In this document: piece by piece, positions 16,901 through 32,664 of the stretch
Layout: each line of letters starts with the position of its first letter
Numbering within the stretch: the stretch's first letter is position 1
DNA from: Eledone cirrhosa
Taxonomy: Eukaryota
Length of the DNA stretch: 64,000 nucleotides
Direction: 5' to 3'
Assembly (NCBI GenBank): GCA_964016885.1
Contig: OZ024740.1
Span: forward strand, 345,588,001-345,652,000
Program-made: the position numbers and the translations under genes
Notes under the pieces: model-generated
The model's input: the letters and a program-made list of their open reading frames with translations, nothing else
Databases searched by the model: none
Told to the model about the DNA's origin: nothing

Positions 16901-18960
16901 AACCAGTATGACTCTAAAAACCGGTTTGTCTGTGTGTTTACATACAGAATAGCTGGCCACTCACAGTAAAGTGATCAGTGAAAAAAAAACTTGGTACATC
17001 TACATATGTATACGTGTGTGTATTCATATACATACTAGTATTTCAGTATACATATATGGATGTACATCTTTGACTTAATTGTTTGAGCGTCAGTCATACA
17101 AAAGTGAGTTACAAACGAAACGAAATTTAATTTCGTTTCGTTATTTGTTTTTATCGTCTCCGTTGAACCGGTACTTACTCACACTCTATGCAAGTTGGTC
17201 TGCCCACTACTAATTTTCATAGAAAAAGCATATAGCGATATGTGCTTTTACGATTCTCTAGAGAGGCCGGAAGATAGGTAAATATTGCTGATGAGTTGTA
17301 ACAACAACGAAACTAGTTCAATATTCCTTGTCTGGCTTTCTGGAGAATAGAGGAAAGGTGTTTCCTCAAAAACCAGTATGACTCTAAAAACCGGTTTGTC
17401 TGTGTGTTTACATACAGAATAGCTGGCCACTCACAGTAAAGTGATCAGTGAAAAAAAACTTGGTACATCTACATATGTATACGTGTGTGTATTCATATAC
17501 ATACTAGTATTTCAGTATACATATATGGATGTACATCTTTGACTTAATTGTTTGAGCGTCAGTCATACAAAAGTGAGTTACAAACGAAACGAAATTTAAT
17601 TTCGTTTCGTTATTTGTTTTTATCGTCTCCGTTGAACCGGTACTTACTCACACTCTATGCAAGTTGGTCTGCCCACTACTAATTTTCATAGAAAAAGCAT
17701 ATAGCGATATGTGCTTTTACGATTCTCTAGAGAGGCCGGAAGATAGGTAAATATTGCTGATGAGTTGTAACAACAACGAAACTAGTTCAATATTCCTTGT
17801 CTGGCTTTCTGGAGAATAGAGGAAAGGTGTTTCCTCAAAAACCAGTATGACTCTAAAAACCGGTTTGTCTGTGTGTTTACATACAGAATAGCTGGCCACT
17901 CACAGTAAAGTGATCAGTGAAAAAAAACTTGGTACATCTACATATGTATACGTGTGTGTATTCATATACATACTAGTATTTCAGTATACATATATGGATG
18001 TACATCTTTGACTTAATTGTTTGAGCGTCAGTCATACAAAAGTGAGTTACAAACGAAACGAAATTTAATTTCGTTTCGTTATTTGTTTTTAATCGTCTCC
18101 GTTGAACCGGTACTTACTCACACTCTATGCAAGTTGGTCTGCCCACTACTAATTTTCATAGAAAAAGCATATAGCGATATGTGCTTTTACGATTCTCTAG
18201 AGAGGCCGGAAGATAGGTAAATATTGCTGATGAGTTGTAACAACAACGAAACTAGTTCAATATTCCTTGTCTGGCTTTCTGGAGAATAGAGGAAAGGTGT
18301 TTCCTCAAAAACCAGTATGACTCTAAAAACCGGTTTGTCTGTGTGTTTACATACAGAATAGCTGGCCACTCACAGTAAAGTGATCAGTGAAAAAAAAACT
18401 TGGTACATCTACATATGTATACGTGTGAGTATTCATATACATACTAGTATTTCAGTATACATATATGGATGTACATCTTTGACTTAATTGTTTGAGCGTC
18501 AGTCATACAAAAGTGAGTTACAAACGAAACGAAATTTAATTTCGTTTCGTTATTTGTTTTTATCGTCTCCGTTGAACCGGTACTTACTCACACTCTATGC
18601 AAGTTGGTCTGCCCACTACTAATTTTCATAGAAAAAGCATATAGCGATATGTGCTTTTACGATTCTCTAGAGAGGCCGGAAGATAGGTAAATATTGCTGA
18701 TGAGTTGTAACAACAACGAAACTAGTTCAATATTCCTTGTCTGGCTTTCTGGAGAATAGAGGAAAGGTGTTTCCTCAAAAACCAGTATGACTCTAAAAAC
18801 CGGTTTGTCTGTGTGTTTACATACAGAATAGCTGGCCACTCACAGTAAAGTGATCAGTGAAAAAAAACTTGGTACATCTACATATGTATACGTGTGTGTA
18901 TTCATATACATACTAGTATTTCAGTATACATATATGGATGTACATCTTTGACTTAATTGT
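7986..18960 (+). repeat. Right arm of the HHR tandem array: ~23.4 copies of the ~469-bp monomer, ribozyme sense on the plus strand (retrozyme-like concatemer)
   Basis: There are 23 antisense 60-codon ORF copies spaced 469-470 bp apart. The arm ends at ttgacttaattgt|tatatata. Confidence 0.97.
8368..8412 (+). ncRNA. Minimal type I hammerhead ribozyme (representative of the 23 right-arm copies); predicted cleavage after GUU at 8405
   Basis: Stem I is aatattg/caatatt (7 bp), the core is CTGATGA (8375-8381) and stem II is gttgt/acaac (5 bp). GAAA follows, then palindromic stem III ACTAGT and the NUH triplet GUU. Confidence 0.92.
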
Positions 18961-19523
18961 TATATATATATATATATATACATACATATATATACATACA
19001 CACACACATATATATAATCATGTATATATAAAAACATATATATTCCTCAAATGAGATATCGCCATCTCCACATGTTCAGCGGTAAATTATTTAGTTAATT
19101 CCATTTTACGTTTGTATTACGTAACATATATGGGAATCCTTTCATTCCTCTAGAAGTAGCCATCGATTAAGGAAATAGCTTAGCATCTTAATCACATAAC
19201 TACTGGAATCTTTTTTCAGACTGGCAGCATTCTATTGAATATGAAATCCATGCACTTCCAAGTCAATTCAAATAAGACGATAAGACCTGATTTCATTGTA
19301 TTCAAACAATATGAAAGGAGATGTTTTTCTGAGGTTTATTATGTCGATCGGAATTTAAAATTGACCAATAAAATTCCGCAACTTCATTGACCTTGCGCAA
19401 ATGAATATCCGTTTCCATCCTTGCTTATTTCTCGTTGACGTAGACATGTGTGAATGTATGTAAACATAAATACATGCTTGCTTCAATACAAAAATGCACA
19501 CATATGTTACTCCATCCAGCCAA

Positions 19524-19578
<55 letters not shown>

Positions 19579-19627
19579 TCTTCTTCTTCTTCTTCTTCTT
19601 CTTCTTCTTCTTCTTCTCTCTTTCTGT

Positions 19628-19661
<34 letters not shown>

Positions 19662-19915
19662 CAAGAATTGTAAGTCAACAGCTTAAAATTAACATCGTTT
19701 ATTCATATATGCTGTTATATATATTTCAGGAGATAACTGTAATTCAACAGCTATGACCTGATCAGACAGATAGAACTTAAACAGAAAAACAGAAAGACAT
19801 AAAAAAACAAAAAGAAAGAAAAATATAATGATGGAACAAAGTTTACCTTTTTTTTTCGAATTTTTGATATGCCCAATACCGAAATATTGTGGTGTTTTCT
19901 CCAAGCACTGGTGGC

Positions 19916-19972
<57 letters not shown>

Positions 19973-20334
19973 CAACGGCATTTCTTTTTTCTTGGCTGCC
20001 TGTTAATCTAAAGGCATTTGCCCAGGAGGCACATAGAGATTGACGCATATTTCCTGAAATATACATTTACACACGCACTCAACCAGTTGTGTGAATATTT
20101 GTGTGTGTAAAATGATTTGCCTTTATATGTATCCATATAAATCTATCTAACTATAACACTCTCTCTACATATATATACAAATATATATATACATATATGT
20201 AGAGGATATATTTAATTTGTTGGGATACAACAAACACAATATTTTTATAACTGATATAAAGTACTCAACAAATTAATTGGAGTAAATATCCAATATATTA
20301 ACAAATGTAAACTATATTTATAAAACCATATGAT

Positions 20335-21117
20335 ATGACAACTAACCATAATTTTAACAACTATAATAGGAAACCTTACAATAATTCGAAAAACAAAAAA
20401 AGAAATAGAACTAGGAATATATTATGGTTCGCTCCTCCTTTCTCATTAAGTATTAAAACTCCTATTGCTAAATTATTCTTTAAAGCTCTAGATAAATGCT
20501 TTCCTAGAACACATAGGTATTACTCAATATGTAATAGACATACTATAAAATTATCGCATTCCACCACCAGTAATTTAGCGCAGAATATTAATAGAATTAA
20601 TATTAGAAACTTAAAACCTAACCAGAATACCATTAATAACCCCAGCAATATCCAATTTAATAATACGGCTTCTAGGAACTTAAATCTGGATAAATGTAAC
20701 TCTAGAAATAAATCTAACTGTCCGCTAAATAACAATTGTTTAGTTAAAAATATAGTATATAATTGTAACGTAGAAACTAATTTAAATTCATTTAATTATC
20801 TAGGCTCTACCTCCACAGATTTTAAGTCCCGTTTTAATAACCATAAATGCTCTTTTACGAATATAAATAAAAATTCTTCAACTTCTCTATCTAATTTACT
20901 ATGGGACCTTAAATCAAAGAACACTAACTATTCTTGACTTTGGAATATTATCTCCAAATCTCCTCCATTGAATGCTTCATCTGAAAATTGTGCTCTTTGT
21001 ATAAAAGAAATATTCTTTATATTAAAAAGTAAAGATTCTGTTAATTTAAGGAATAATGTTGTCAGTTCTTGTAAACATCGGTTGAATTCAACGTTTAAAT
21101 ATATATATAAAATGTAA
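20335..21117 (+). mobile_element. Penelope-like (Naiad-type) 3' fragment: linker plus GIY-YIG endonuclease, with one internal stop
   Basis: RNILWFAPPFS...FFKALDKCFPRTHRY...KLSHS...CPLNNNCLVKNIVYNC...YLGSTSTDFKSRFNNHKCSF. After TGA the frame continues LWNII...CALCIKE...SSCKHR. Confidence 0.9.
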
Positions 21118-21422
21118 TACATAACTAATCTTTATTACACCTATCGATAAATCATTAGATTCCTTCATGTGACTGCTTATAACTCTGTTAAAGGAACATT
21201 TTTTTTTTGGAAATTTTTCTTGATAAACGTACTGAAAGATTTAAAGAACATTTTTTGAAAATTCCTCTGATGGGTATAAGAAAATTATAATTCATATTTT
21301 ATACTGTGTATTTTATATTTCTATATTCTTATATTTTTTTAAATTATAATATTTTTTTAAATTATAATTCATATGTTATATTGTGTATTTTATATTTCTA
21401 TATTCTTATATTTTTCAAATGC

Positions 21423-21547
<125 letters not shown>

Positions 21548-22631
21548 GAGATAAACATAGTGATTTTGATGTATGTGGTATAACCTAAAATTTATACTTT
21601 AAATATATTCTATAAATTTACTCTTATGAAAGAGTTTTTTTATGGTTTATGCTTTGGATATATTCCTATGAAAATTTAAATATTATAATTTCTATATATT
21701 TTGACGTTATAGCAAGCAAATTCATGGTTTAACAGTTATAACTGTATAACAGCTGAAATTGTGAATTTCTAAATTTATAACTTACTATAAAATAACATAA
21801 GATTCATATTGTAATTACATTATTAAGATGGAAAATTTAAATGTTTAACTTCTTAACCTTATACCATTTAATCCTTAGAGTTATCTGAATTATTAATAAA
21901 TCACTAACAATTTTCCTTTACGCTGTACTGTTATTATAATACAAATAAGGGATTATTATTCTGTAAACTCTCTGAATTACCATGGGCTTAGAATTGTTCG
22001 GATACTTTAAACTACACTTTTTAAATAATTTTTTAATAATTTTTTAATAATTTTTTAATAATTAATGATAATAATATATATCTTATTACGATAATAATAT
22101 ATATGGTTTTGTAATAATAGTATATTTTTTAATAGTATATATAAATATATATATAAGTTTTTAATTTTTTTAAATAATCTAACATACACATTTAAACTAC
22201 TGATTGAATTGATAAATTATTAATTAAACATTTATTAATTAAACCCTAGATAAAATTCTTCAACCTATCATTATAATGAGCCAGCTATTATTCATCTACG
22301 ATATATTCATTTCTTCGCTTCTTCTCTCATAACGTAAACAATAATTACGCTATTACTGTCCTTATAACTAATATTCTCTCTCACTTAAATATATACACGT
22401 TGTTTCTCTTTATCTTTCTTTTTCTATTTTTTTTTCTCCTTCTTTTTCTCTTTCTTTTTTCCCACTTCCAACGGCGTAATTTAAATATACTGTTATTTAA
22501 ACCTTTCCGACACTAATTTGCATAATAAACCAACAATAAATCTAATATCTCCACTATCCAGGAGACTCCAACCGTGATGGTTGCATTTTTCAGGGTATGT
22601 CAATATCTATTTATAAAACTAATCTATGTTA

Positions 22632-22697
22632 TGTTTTATCTCATGAAAGCGCACCATAATCTGCATTGGTGGCCTTTGAAATGTGTATAATGAAATA
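22632..22697 (+). ncRNA. Degenerate hammerhead (core CTCATGA), probably the 3' pLTR of the upstream PLE
   Basis: tgttttat CTCATGA aagcgcacca...tggtggccttt GAAA tgtgta TA atgaaata. It is homologous to the intact motif at 24587, including the downstream flank. Confidence 0.55.
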
Positions 22698-22738
22698 AAT
22701 ATGGTTTTATAAATATAGTTTCCATTTGTTAATATATA

Positions 22739-24380
<1,642 letters not shown>

Positions 24381-24586
24381 GTATACTTATATCTGTGTTC
24401 ATCCCTCTCATATATCCAATTATATATATATATATATATAAGTAGAAGGGATATTCAATTTGTTGGTAATTTAACAAATATAAATGATTATAACTGATTT
24501 AGAGCACTCAACAGTATATCCAGGGATAACTTGAACCGTTAATGTATATTATCCTTGGTTATGTCAAATATTTATAAAACATTTTG

Positions 24587-24647
24587 TATTTTATCTGATG
24601 ATAGCGTACCCAAATGTTGGTACCCTAGAAATATATATAATAGAATA
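24587..24647 (+). ncRNA. Type I hammerhead ribozyme, intact-looking (solo pLTR-like piece between TA tracts)
   Basis: Stem I is tattttat/atagaata (8 bp including one G-U), followed by CTGATGA, stem II tagcgtacc/ggtacccta and GAAA. Stem III is palindromic ATATATAT and the triplet is AUA. Confidence 0.85.
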
Positions 24648-24686
24648 AATATGGTTTTATAAATATAGCTTCCATTTATTTAATAT

Positions 24687-24755
<69 letters not shown>

Positions 24756-24758
<3 letters not shown>

Positions 24759-25190
24759 TGGTACCTTGACTTATGAGTGTCCCAACTAACGAGCATTACG
24801 AGATATGAGTCCTCTCTCGGCCGCTTTTTTGCTTTTTTGCTTTGAGTTGCGAGTTAAAATTCGGGTTACGAGCCAGCTTCAGATACACAACCGATAGCTG
24901 GCGTAGCGCAATCCACAGTAAACGCCTTAAGATCCGCCCAGCACCTGATGGGCCCGAAGAAAATGAGCACGAAGGGCAGTATTGAGAAGAAGAAGAAGCG
25001 GATGATGTATATTGAATTAAAGAAAGAAATTATCGAAAATCATGACCAAGGTGTGCGTCTAGTCGACTTGGGGAAGCGCTACGATCGTAGCACTTCTACG
25101 ATTTGCACCATACCGAAGCTGAAGGAGTCGATAAAGGCTATAACACCAGCGTTAAAATAATTTCTAAGCAGCGGACATCTTTCTATCCAT
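24756..25190 (+). mobile_element. Tigger/pogo DNA transposon 5' fragment (TIR plus HTH_psq/CENP-B N-terminal domain)
   Basis: TA|CAGTGGTACCT TIR start. ORF 24948-25160 reads MGPKK...IELKKEIIENHDQGVRLVDLGKRYDRSTSTICTI, a TIGD1-like HTH. Confidence 0.85.
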
Positions 25191-25193
25191 GAA

Positions 25194-26315
<1,122 letters not shown>

Positions 26316-26364
26316 TTGTGTGTTTGTGTGTGTGTATGGGGGGGGGGGATAAATATATATATAC

Positions 26365-26765
26365 GAATGAAGTGTGGTAAGGAACCAGGTGGACCATAAT
26401 GCATCAGGGTACTCGATACATAGGGTAGTAGAGTGGGTAATAAGAAAAGAGTCAGGACCCCGTGGGCTGAGCTACGGCCGTTCCTACAGCTAGATCTGAA
26501 CTAAGACAGTAGTGTTAGGACGGTAGTAATATAGTTGAAGTTATCAATGCGTACAGTCCATATATAGGCATGTAATGAGAACATAGCAATAGATTCATAT
26601 CAAACAATTCTAAAATTGGTTGTTTTTATTTTCTGTCACGGAGAGTGGTGAAATATTTTGTAGACAGTTAAATTCCTTCATACCGTCCTAACACTACTGT
26701 GTTGGTTCAGATCTAGCTGTTGAAACGGCCGGAGCTCAGCCGTCGTCGTCCTGACTATTTTCCTA
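26365..26765. repeat. Inverted-arm element (~85-bp arms); the same family occurs at ~41215-41336 and ~61670-61750
   Basis: aaaagagtcaggac...gtgttaggacggta is mirrored by taccgtcctaacac...gtcctgactatttt. All three copies share gtggaccataa(t/c)gca...tagagtggg. Confidence 0.75.
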
Positions 26766-26770
26766 TATAC

Positions 26771-26969
<199 letters not shown>

Positions 26970-26977
26970 TATGTATG

Positions 26978-27014
<37 letters not shown>

Positions 27015-28050
27015 TTATACTTGGGGAGAGTCATATTTGTGTAATAATATTGCCAGAATTAATTAATAACAGAACACACTCACTGTTGGGTTGGTTTTCA
27101 CTTCTGTGTCTTTTATATCGGTTAATTTTATTTATTCGGTCCTAAATGTTGTCATTGACTGACCAACGGTCAACATACAGATATAATATAAACACAAACA
27201 CATATATATAGTCTATCAAAGTTATTTCGTTGCACATCTGCAACATCGACAGTGTTGCTATTATGTTTCCTCCCGTTGCATTGTATGCCTACGCCATCTT
27301 TATTTAGTCTGTTTATTTATTTATTTATTTGTTTATTTTCTCCTCTTCTCTGCGCATGCGTTTGCGTGTGTGTATAGTGTTTTGTTTGATGTGTTCTTGT
27401 TTGGGTGACTGTGTATTGGTTAATGTATTATATCTTAGTTTACTAGTGTGTGTTTATATGTGTTTGTTGTTATTGTGATTGTGTATGTATTTATTTATTT
27501 ATTTTATTTATTTATGTATTTATACTTCTCTTAGGTCAGTGTTGTTTGTTTGGGGGTTGTTGTTATTCCATTCATTTTTTCTGTTTAGCCTTGGCCTTCT
27601 AAGTTCTATTTCCTTGGCCTGTCTGATTTGCCTGGGTCATTTCTATGTTTAGATATTATTCTAACTTCTATGTTGTCTATGTTACCGTTGTGTTTGTTGT
27701 CTGGCATGTTCGTATAGTACTGAACCGTTTTTTCGTCCTTTTAGTCCCCCCCCCCCCCAGTGTTGGTCTATCCTTTCACTTATGCTACGAGCTGTCTCGC
27801 CTATGTATGTTGTTGTCATGTTTCTGCAAGTACCCTCTGTATATCTTATGCTATAGACTATGTTTCTAGTTTTACAGTTTATCCGGGAGTTTACTTTACA
27901 TATGATACATTTCCTATTAATTCAGTGGGTTTTCTTAAAAGAGCAGGTTTTGCTGATCAGGGATTTTATGGTGGGTCCTGGCTTTTCTACCACCTTAATC
28001 TTTAAGTGGGTCTTTCTCAGGGCCTTTCTACACTAGTTAGCTAATTTCCC

Positions 28051-28090
28051 TCCAGGGGTAGCGTCCAGGGGTAGCGTCCAGGGGTAGCGT
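28051..28090 (+). repeat. 3 x 13-bp minisatellite (tccaggggtagcg)
   Basis: Read directly from the sequence. Confidence 0.9.
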
Positions 28091-28240
28091 ATGAATATAT
28101 ATATATATGTATATATAAATATATATATATATATATACATGTATATACATACATATATATATATACATATGTATGTATATATGTATATATATGTATATAT
28201 ATATATACATACATATATATATGTATGTATATATATATAT

Positions 28241-28370
<130 letters not shown>

Positions 28371-28426
28371 ACGGAGTAAAACACACTTCAACAACATGTG
28401 TACCTGTCTTTCCCACACTAATTCGG

Positions 28427-28481
28427 ACTTCCTGAAGAGTTCACAGCCAATGATGGCTGTCACCGAAATATATATAGCAGT
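28427..28481 (+). ncRNA. Hammerhead ribozyme in a pLTR-like repeat (twin of 31269-31323)
   Basis: acttc CTGAAGA gttcacagcc aatgat ggctgtcacc GAAA tatata TA gcagt. Confidence 0.8.
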
Positions 28482-28644
28482 ATATCTATAATTTATAATA
28501 AACGAAGCCAAATTTTACATATTTGACTTAGTTATTTTACATTACTCCGGAGTAAACAAACCCGCCTGCGTTAACGTCGAGTGTTCCAATCTGCATACTT
28601 AGGTGTCGGTACACAACCAGCATATAGTCAATATATATATATAT

Positions 28645-29219
28645 ATATATATGAATGTATATATATAGTGTATTTTGCAATACACTGTATGCTTAATAAA
28701 AAGCATTTTGAAGACTTTATGCTATTGTTTTAGAGTAGTAGAGTCCCCCTGTTTGCTGAAATTAAAGTAAGTGTGTCTGTCACTACTCTAAAACAATAGC
28801 ATAAGGTCTTCAAAATGCTTTTTATTAAGCATAAAGTGTATTGCAAAATACACTATATATACATTCATATATATATAGCTATTTCAGAGCAACAATTCTA
28901 AATTTTAATTTCTGCTTGACCGGCAACCGCTCTGTATAATCAGTTCCTGATTATTTACTAGAATTCTATAAGAACCAAAACATCCAGGTTCCCAGCAAAC
29001 GGGAGGAGTAGTTGGCTTTGATAAGCATCAATACATGCAGAAACAAGGCCGTGTCAGTTTTATCTCTCCCTGTTTGCTGAAATTAAAGTAAGTGAGTCTG
29101 TCACTACTCTAAAACAATAGCATAAGGTCTTCAAAATGCTTTTTATTAAGCATACAGTGTATTGCAAAATACACTATATATACATTCACATATATATAGC
29201 TATTTCAGCGCAACAATTC

Positions 29220-29222
<3 letters not shown>
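28645..29222. mobile_element. Head-to-head HHR element with a ~321-bp monomer inside (TA)n; HHR with a U3:A8 core at 29014-29059 (+)
   Basis: ccctgtttgctgaaatt recurs at about 28747 and 29068, and the left ~95 bp is inverted. The motif reads ggct TTGATAA gcat..atgc a GAAA caaggccgtg TC agtt. Confidence 0.8.
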
Positions 29223-29263
<41 letters not shown>

Positions 29264-29269
29264 AATTTT

Positions 29270-31323
29270 GAGTATATGTTGGTTGTATACCACATCTCAG
29301 TATGCAGATTGAAGCACTCGACGACGTGCGCAGGTTGGTTTGTTTACTCCGGGAGGGGCAAACCCTAACAATACAGGCAGAACAGAAGCAATTAGGCACC
29401 ATGATCGAGACACCACCACACGGGCGTTGGTGACGAGTACGCTTAACCCTGAGAAGAAACCCAATATGAGTAGCAGTGTCAGGGGTGAAGCTAACCACCC
29501 CGGGCCCGACGACCCCAACAGCAGGACACGTGGGGGTGGGGGGCAATGGAGGACCACCCCACTGTGGATCTCCCAGCACTGGCAACGGCCACTCCACAGA
29601 TTCGGGCCGTGAAGATAGCAAAACGCCTAGCGCCCAAAGGGGAAGCGACAATGCGGGAACCACCAGCAACCAACAACTCTCGACGCCCCCAGCCCACCCA
29701 TATAGGAGGAGACGCAGAAAAATCACGTGGTACAACCCACCTTACTCAGCGGCCTTAAAGAACAGCTTGGCCCGATCATTCTTTGGAGCACTTGATAAAT
29801 GCTTCCCGAGGGACCATAGATACAACAAGATCTTCAACAGACACACTGTGAAGCTCTCGTATTCCACCGCGAGAAATCTGGCCCAACACATAGCTTAAAA
29901 CCACACACAACCAGAAGTTGGCAATACAATCACCCAGCAGAACCATGTGGAAGGAGAGAAGGGGGAACCAGTGCCCACCCAAGAAACCCAAACAGACTCG
30001 GGAACCCCCCACCGTGCTCGGGGGAAGACCTCCATGTAATACTTAACGGGAACCCCACTTTAGGCACGCAGAGGTCGACCACCCTCTGCAAATGCAGAAA
30101 CACCGAATCATGCCCCCTTAGTAATGAATGAATTAAGAAGAACCTAGTATACGGTTGTAGGGTTAAAACCCCCAAATCCGAACACTTCTACATAGGAGCC
30201 ACATCAACGAGCTTTAAAGACCGTTGGTATAACCATCGCCATTCCTTCAATAAGGAGGCCAAAAGGAAAAGTACGGCTCTCTCCGACCTGATCTGGAAAC
30301 TTAAGCTGGACAGCACCCCGTACTCTCTGGCCTGGACCATAATCAGGAAAGTACCACCCGATAAAGGGGGATCTGGCATATGCAAACTATGTCTGAACGA
30401 GACCCTCGAGATACTATGAGGTGGAAGCCGCATGATAAACCTCAGAACCGATATCTTCGGGTCATGATATATGGACAGTAGCAACACAATAAGATGTGAA
30501 CTCCCCTCAAGCTATAGGGACTTCTCCAGAACATGTAGACACCTCTCGGCCAGATCTCCCTCAAGCTATATGGGCAGTAACAACACCATAGGTTGCGAAC
30601 TCCCCTCAAGCCACAGGGACCAACCCAGGCTGAGCAGACACCATGATAGCCTACAGATTGATTCTGACACAGCCTTTATAATTTGGCCAACATCTTTATA
30701 ACATACACACATTTTATTTTACTTGATTTTTGATTTTTGATTTTTCATTACTCATTTGTTATTTGTTTTCTGTTTTCTTCACTTCATCGCCTTATATTTA
30801 TATTTAAGTTGAGATTGGTTATAACACACACACATTTTATTTGATTATCCTATTTCGTTTTATTCTTTTACCATCTTGTTCCTCCTACCACTTTATCCAA
30901 CATATTTCTGACCTTGAGATTGGTTATAGCACACACACATTTTATTTTATTTGAATCTTCATATTTATTTTTCATTTTTCATTTTCATTTTTCATTTTTC
31001 ATTTTCATTTTTCATTACTTTTTCATTAATTTTTCATTTATTCTCTATTTATTATTTATTTTCTTTTTTCTTCATTTTGTTGCCTTCTATTTCTTCATAT
31101 ACATGAGAGGAGAAGAGGCCCTTTGACGCTGAAATTCGTTTGTTTAAATTCATATGATTCCAGTTCCTCAGTGAAATAACAACCCAACCAGGGACTGGGC
31201 ATATCAGAGTATTGACAAATTTAAACACCTCAACAACATGTGTACTCGTCTCTACCACAATAATTCGGACTACCTGAAGAGGTCACAGCCAAAGATGGCT
31301 GTCACCGAAATAAATATAGCAGT
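29270..31323 (+). mobile_element. Penelope-like (Naiad-type) 3' portion: linker, Zn finger/GIY-YIG endonuclease, 3' UTR and terminal HHR
   Basis: RKITWYNPPYS...FFGALDKCFPRDHRYNKIFNRHTVKLSYS. After frameshifts it reads CKCRNTESCPLSNE*IKKNLVYGC...YIGATSTSFKDRWYNHRHSF...W...CKLCLNE. Confidence 0.9.
31269..31323 (+). ncRNA. Hammerhead ribozyme at the 3' end of the PLE
   Basis: actac CTGAAGA ggtcacagcc aaagat ggctgtcacc GAAA taaata TA gcagt. Confidence 0.82.
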
Positions 31324-31594
31324 AATAAGAGAACCGATTTTACTGAAAAAATCGAATAATGTACACCATTTTACCAGGGGGAAAAAATACTGGTCCACCC
31401 ACATACACACACATATATACACACACACATACACACGCGTACATTAACATACAAAGAGACTTATACACACACAGAGACACGCACTTCTCCGTATAAGACA
31501 AAAGCTGAAAAATATCTTTTGACATGCTAAAATAACCCCCATTGCTTTCAGACACATTCTTACTGACCATCCCTGCTACCACGAATTACTCTGC

Positions 31595-31693
<99 letters not shown>

Positions 31694-31815
31694 ATCTTAA
31701 TAGCCATTTGAAACACATCCCTGCTAACCATTATCACGACATCGAACACCTTACTACTACTACTACACACACACACACACACACATATTTGTTGTGAAAT
31801 AGTCATTTCTCAATC

Positions 31816-32061
31816 TTGGCGCAAAACCAATTTTTTTATTCATATGACCTCTACCGACCAATCAAAATTATTTTGTCCACAAACATTTTTGCAAACACCA
31901 AATAGCGCTGGAGCCACTTTTTTAACATAAAAACAGACTTAGCGCAAAATCAATTTTTTACATTCACATGACCTCTACCGACCAATCAAAATTGTTTTGA
32001 CCACAAGAATTTTTGCAACACCAAAGTAACGCTGGAGCCACTTTTTTAACATAAAAACAGG
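31816..32061 (+). repeat. ~123-bp direct tandem duplication
   Basis: gcgcaaaa..atgacctctaccgaccaatcaaaatt...cgctggagccacttttttaacataaaaacag occurs twice. Confidence 0.85.
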
Positions 32062-32295
32062 CAGAATTCCCAAAACTAATCAGATCAGAGCAAACAACAA
32101 GGACACTCTATCTCAAAATTATTTTTGAAAAGCATTTAGAAATGCGCAACCGGTAAAAGCTTAAAAACTTAAAACCACAACTGAATACTAACCCATACAA
32201 TCACTAATACTCTTTTATTCCTAATTAAACCATTTTTCAACTGTGAACAATTTGTCAGCATTTTCTATTCCGTTTACCAATATATATGTATATAT

Positions 32296-32326
<31 letters not shown>

Positions 32327-32333
32327 AATATAT

Positions 32334-32399
<66 letters not shown>

Positions 32400-32428
32400 C
32401 ATATATATATATACATATATATATATAC

Positions 32429-32460
<32 letters not shown>

Positions 32461-32632
32461 GAAATATACATATATATATATACATATATATATATATACA
32501 TATATATATATACACATATATATATATATACATATATATATATAATGAAAAATTGAACAGGGACAGAACAGAGAGGCAGTACGATAAATGTTTATTAAAT
32601 TCACGCTCAGGAGAGTGGGGGGTAGGTGGGGG

Positions 32633-32664
32633 ACGACGTTTCGGGCATAAGCCCTTCTTCAGGT
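32633..32664 (-). ncRNA. Minimal PLE-type hammerhead motif with a degenerate stem I
   Basis: The minus strand reads ac CUGAAGA a gggc uuau gccc GAAA CG UC gu. Confidence 0.55.

Noticed and set aside
20935-20937. In-frame TGA in the second PLE copy as selenocysteine
   Set aside because: It aligns with Leu (YSLAW/YTLKW), not a conserved Cys, so it is best read as a nonsense mutation. The same applies to the TGA at 30417.
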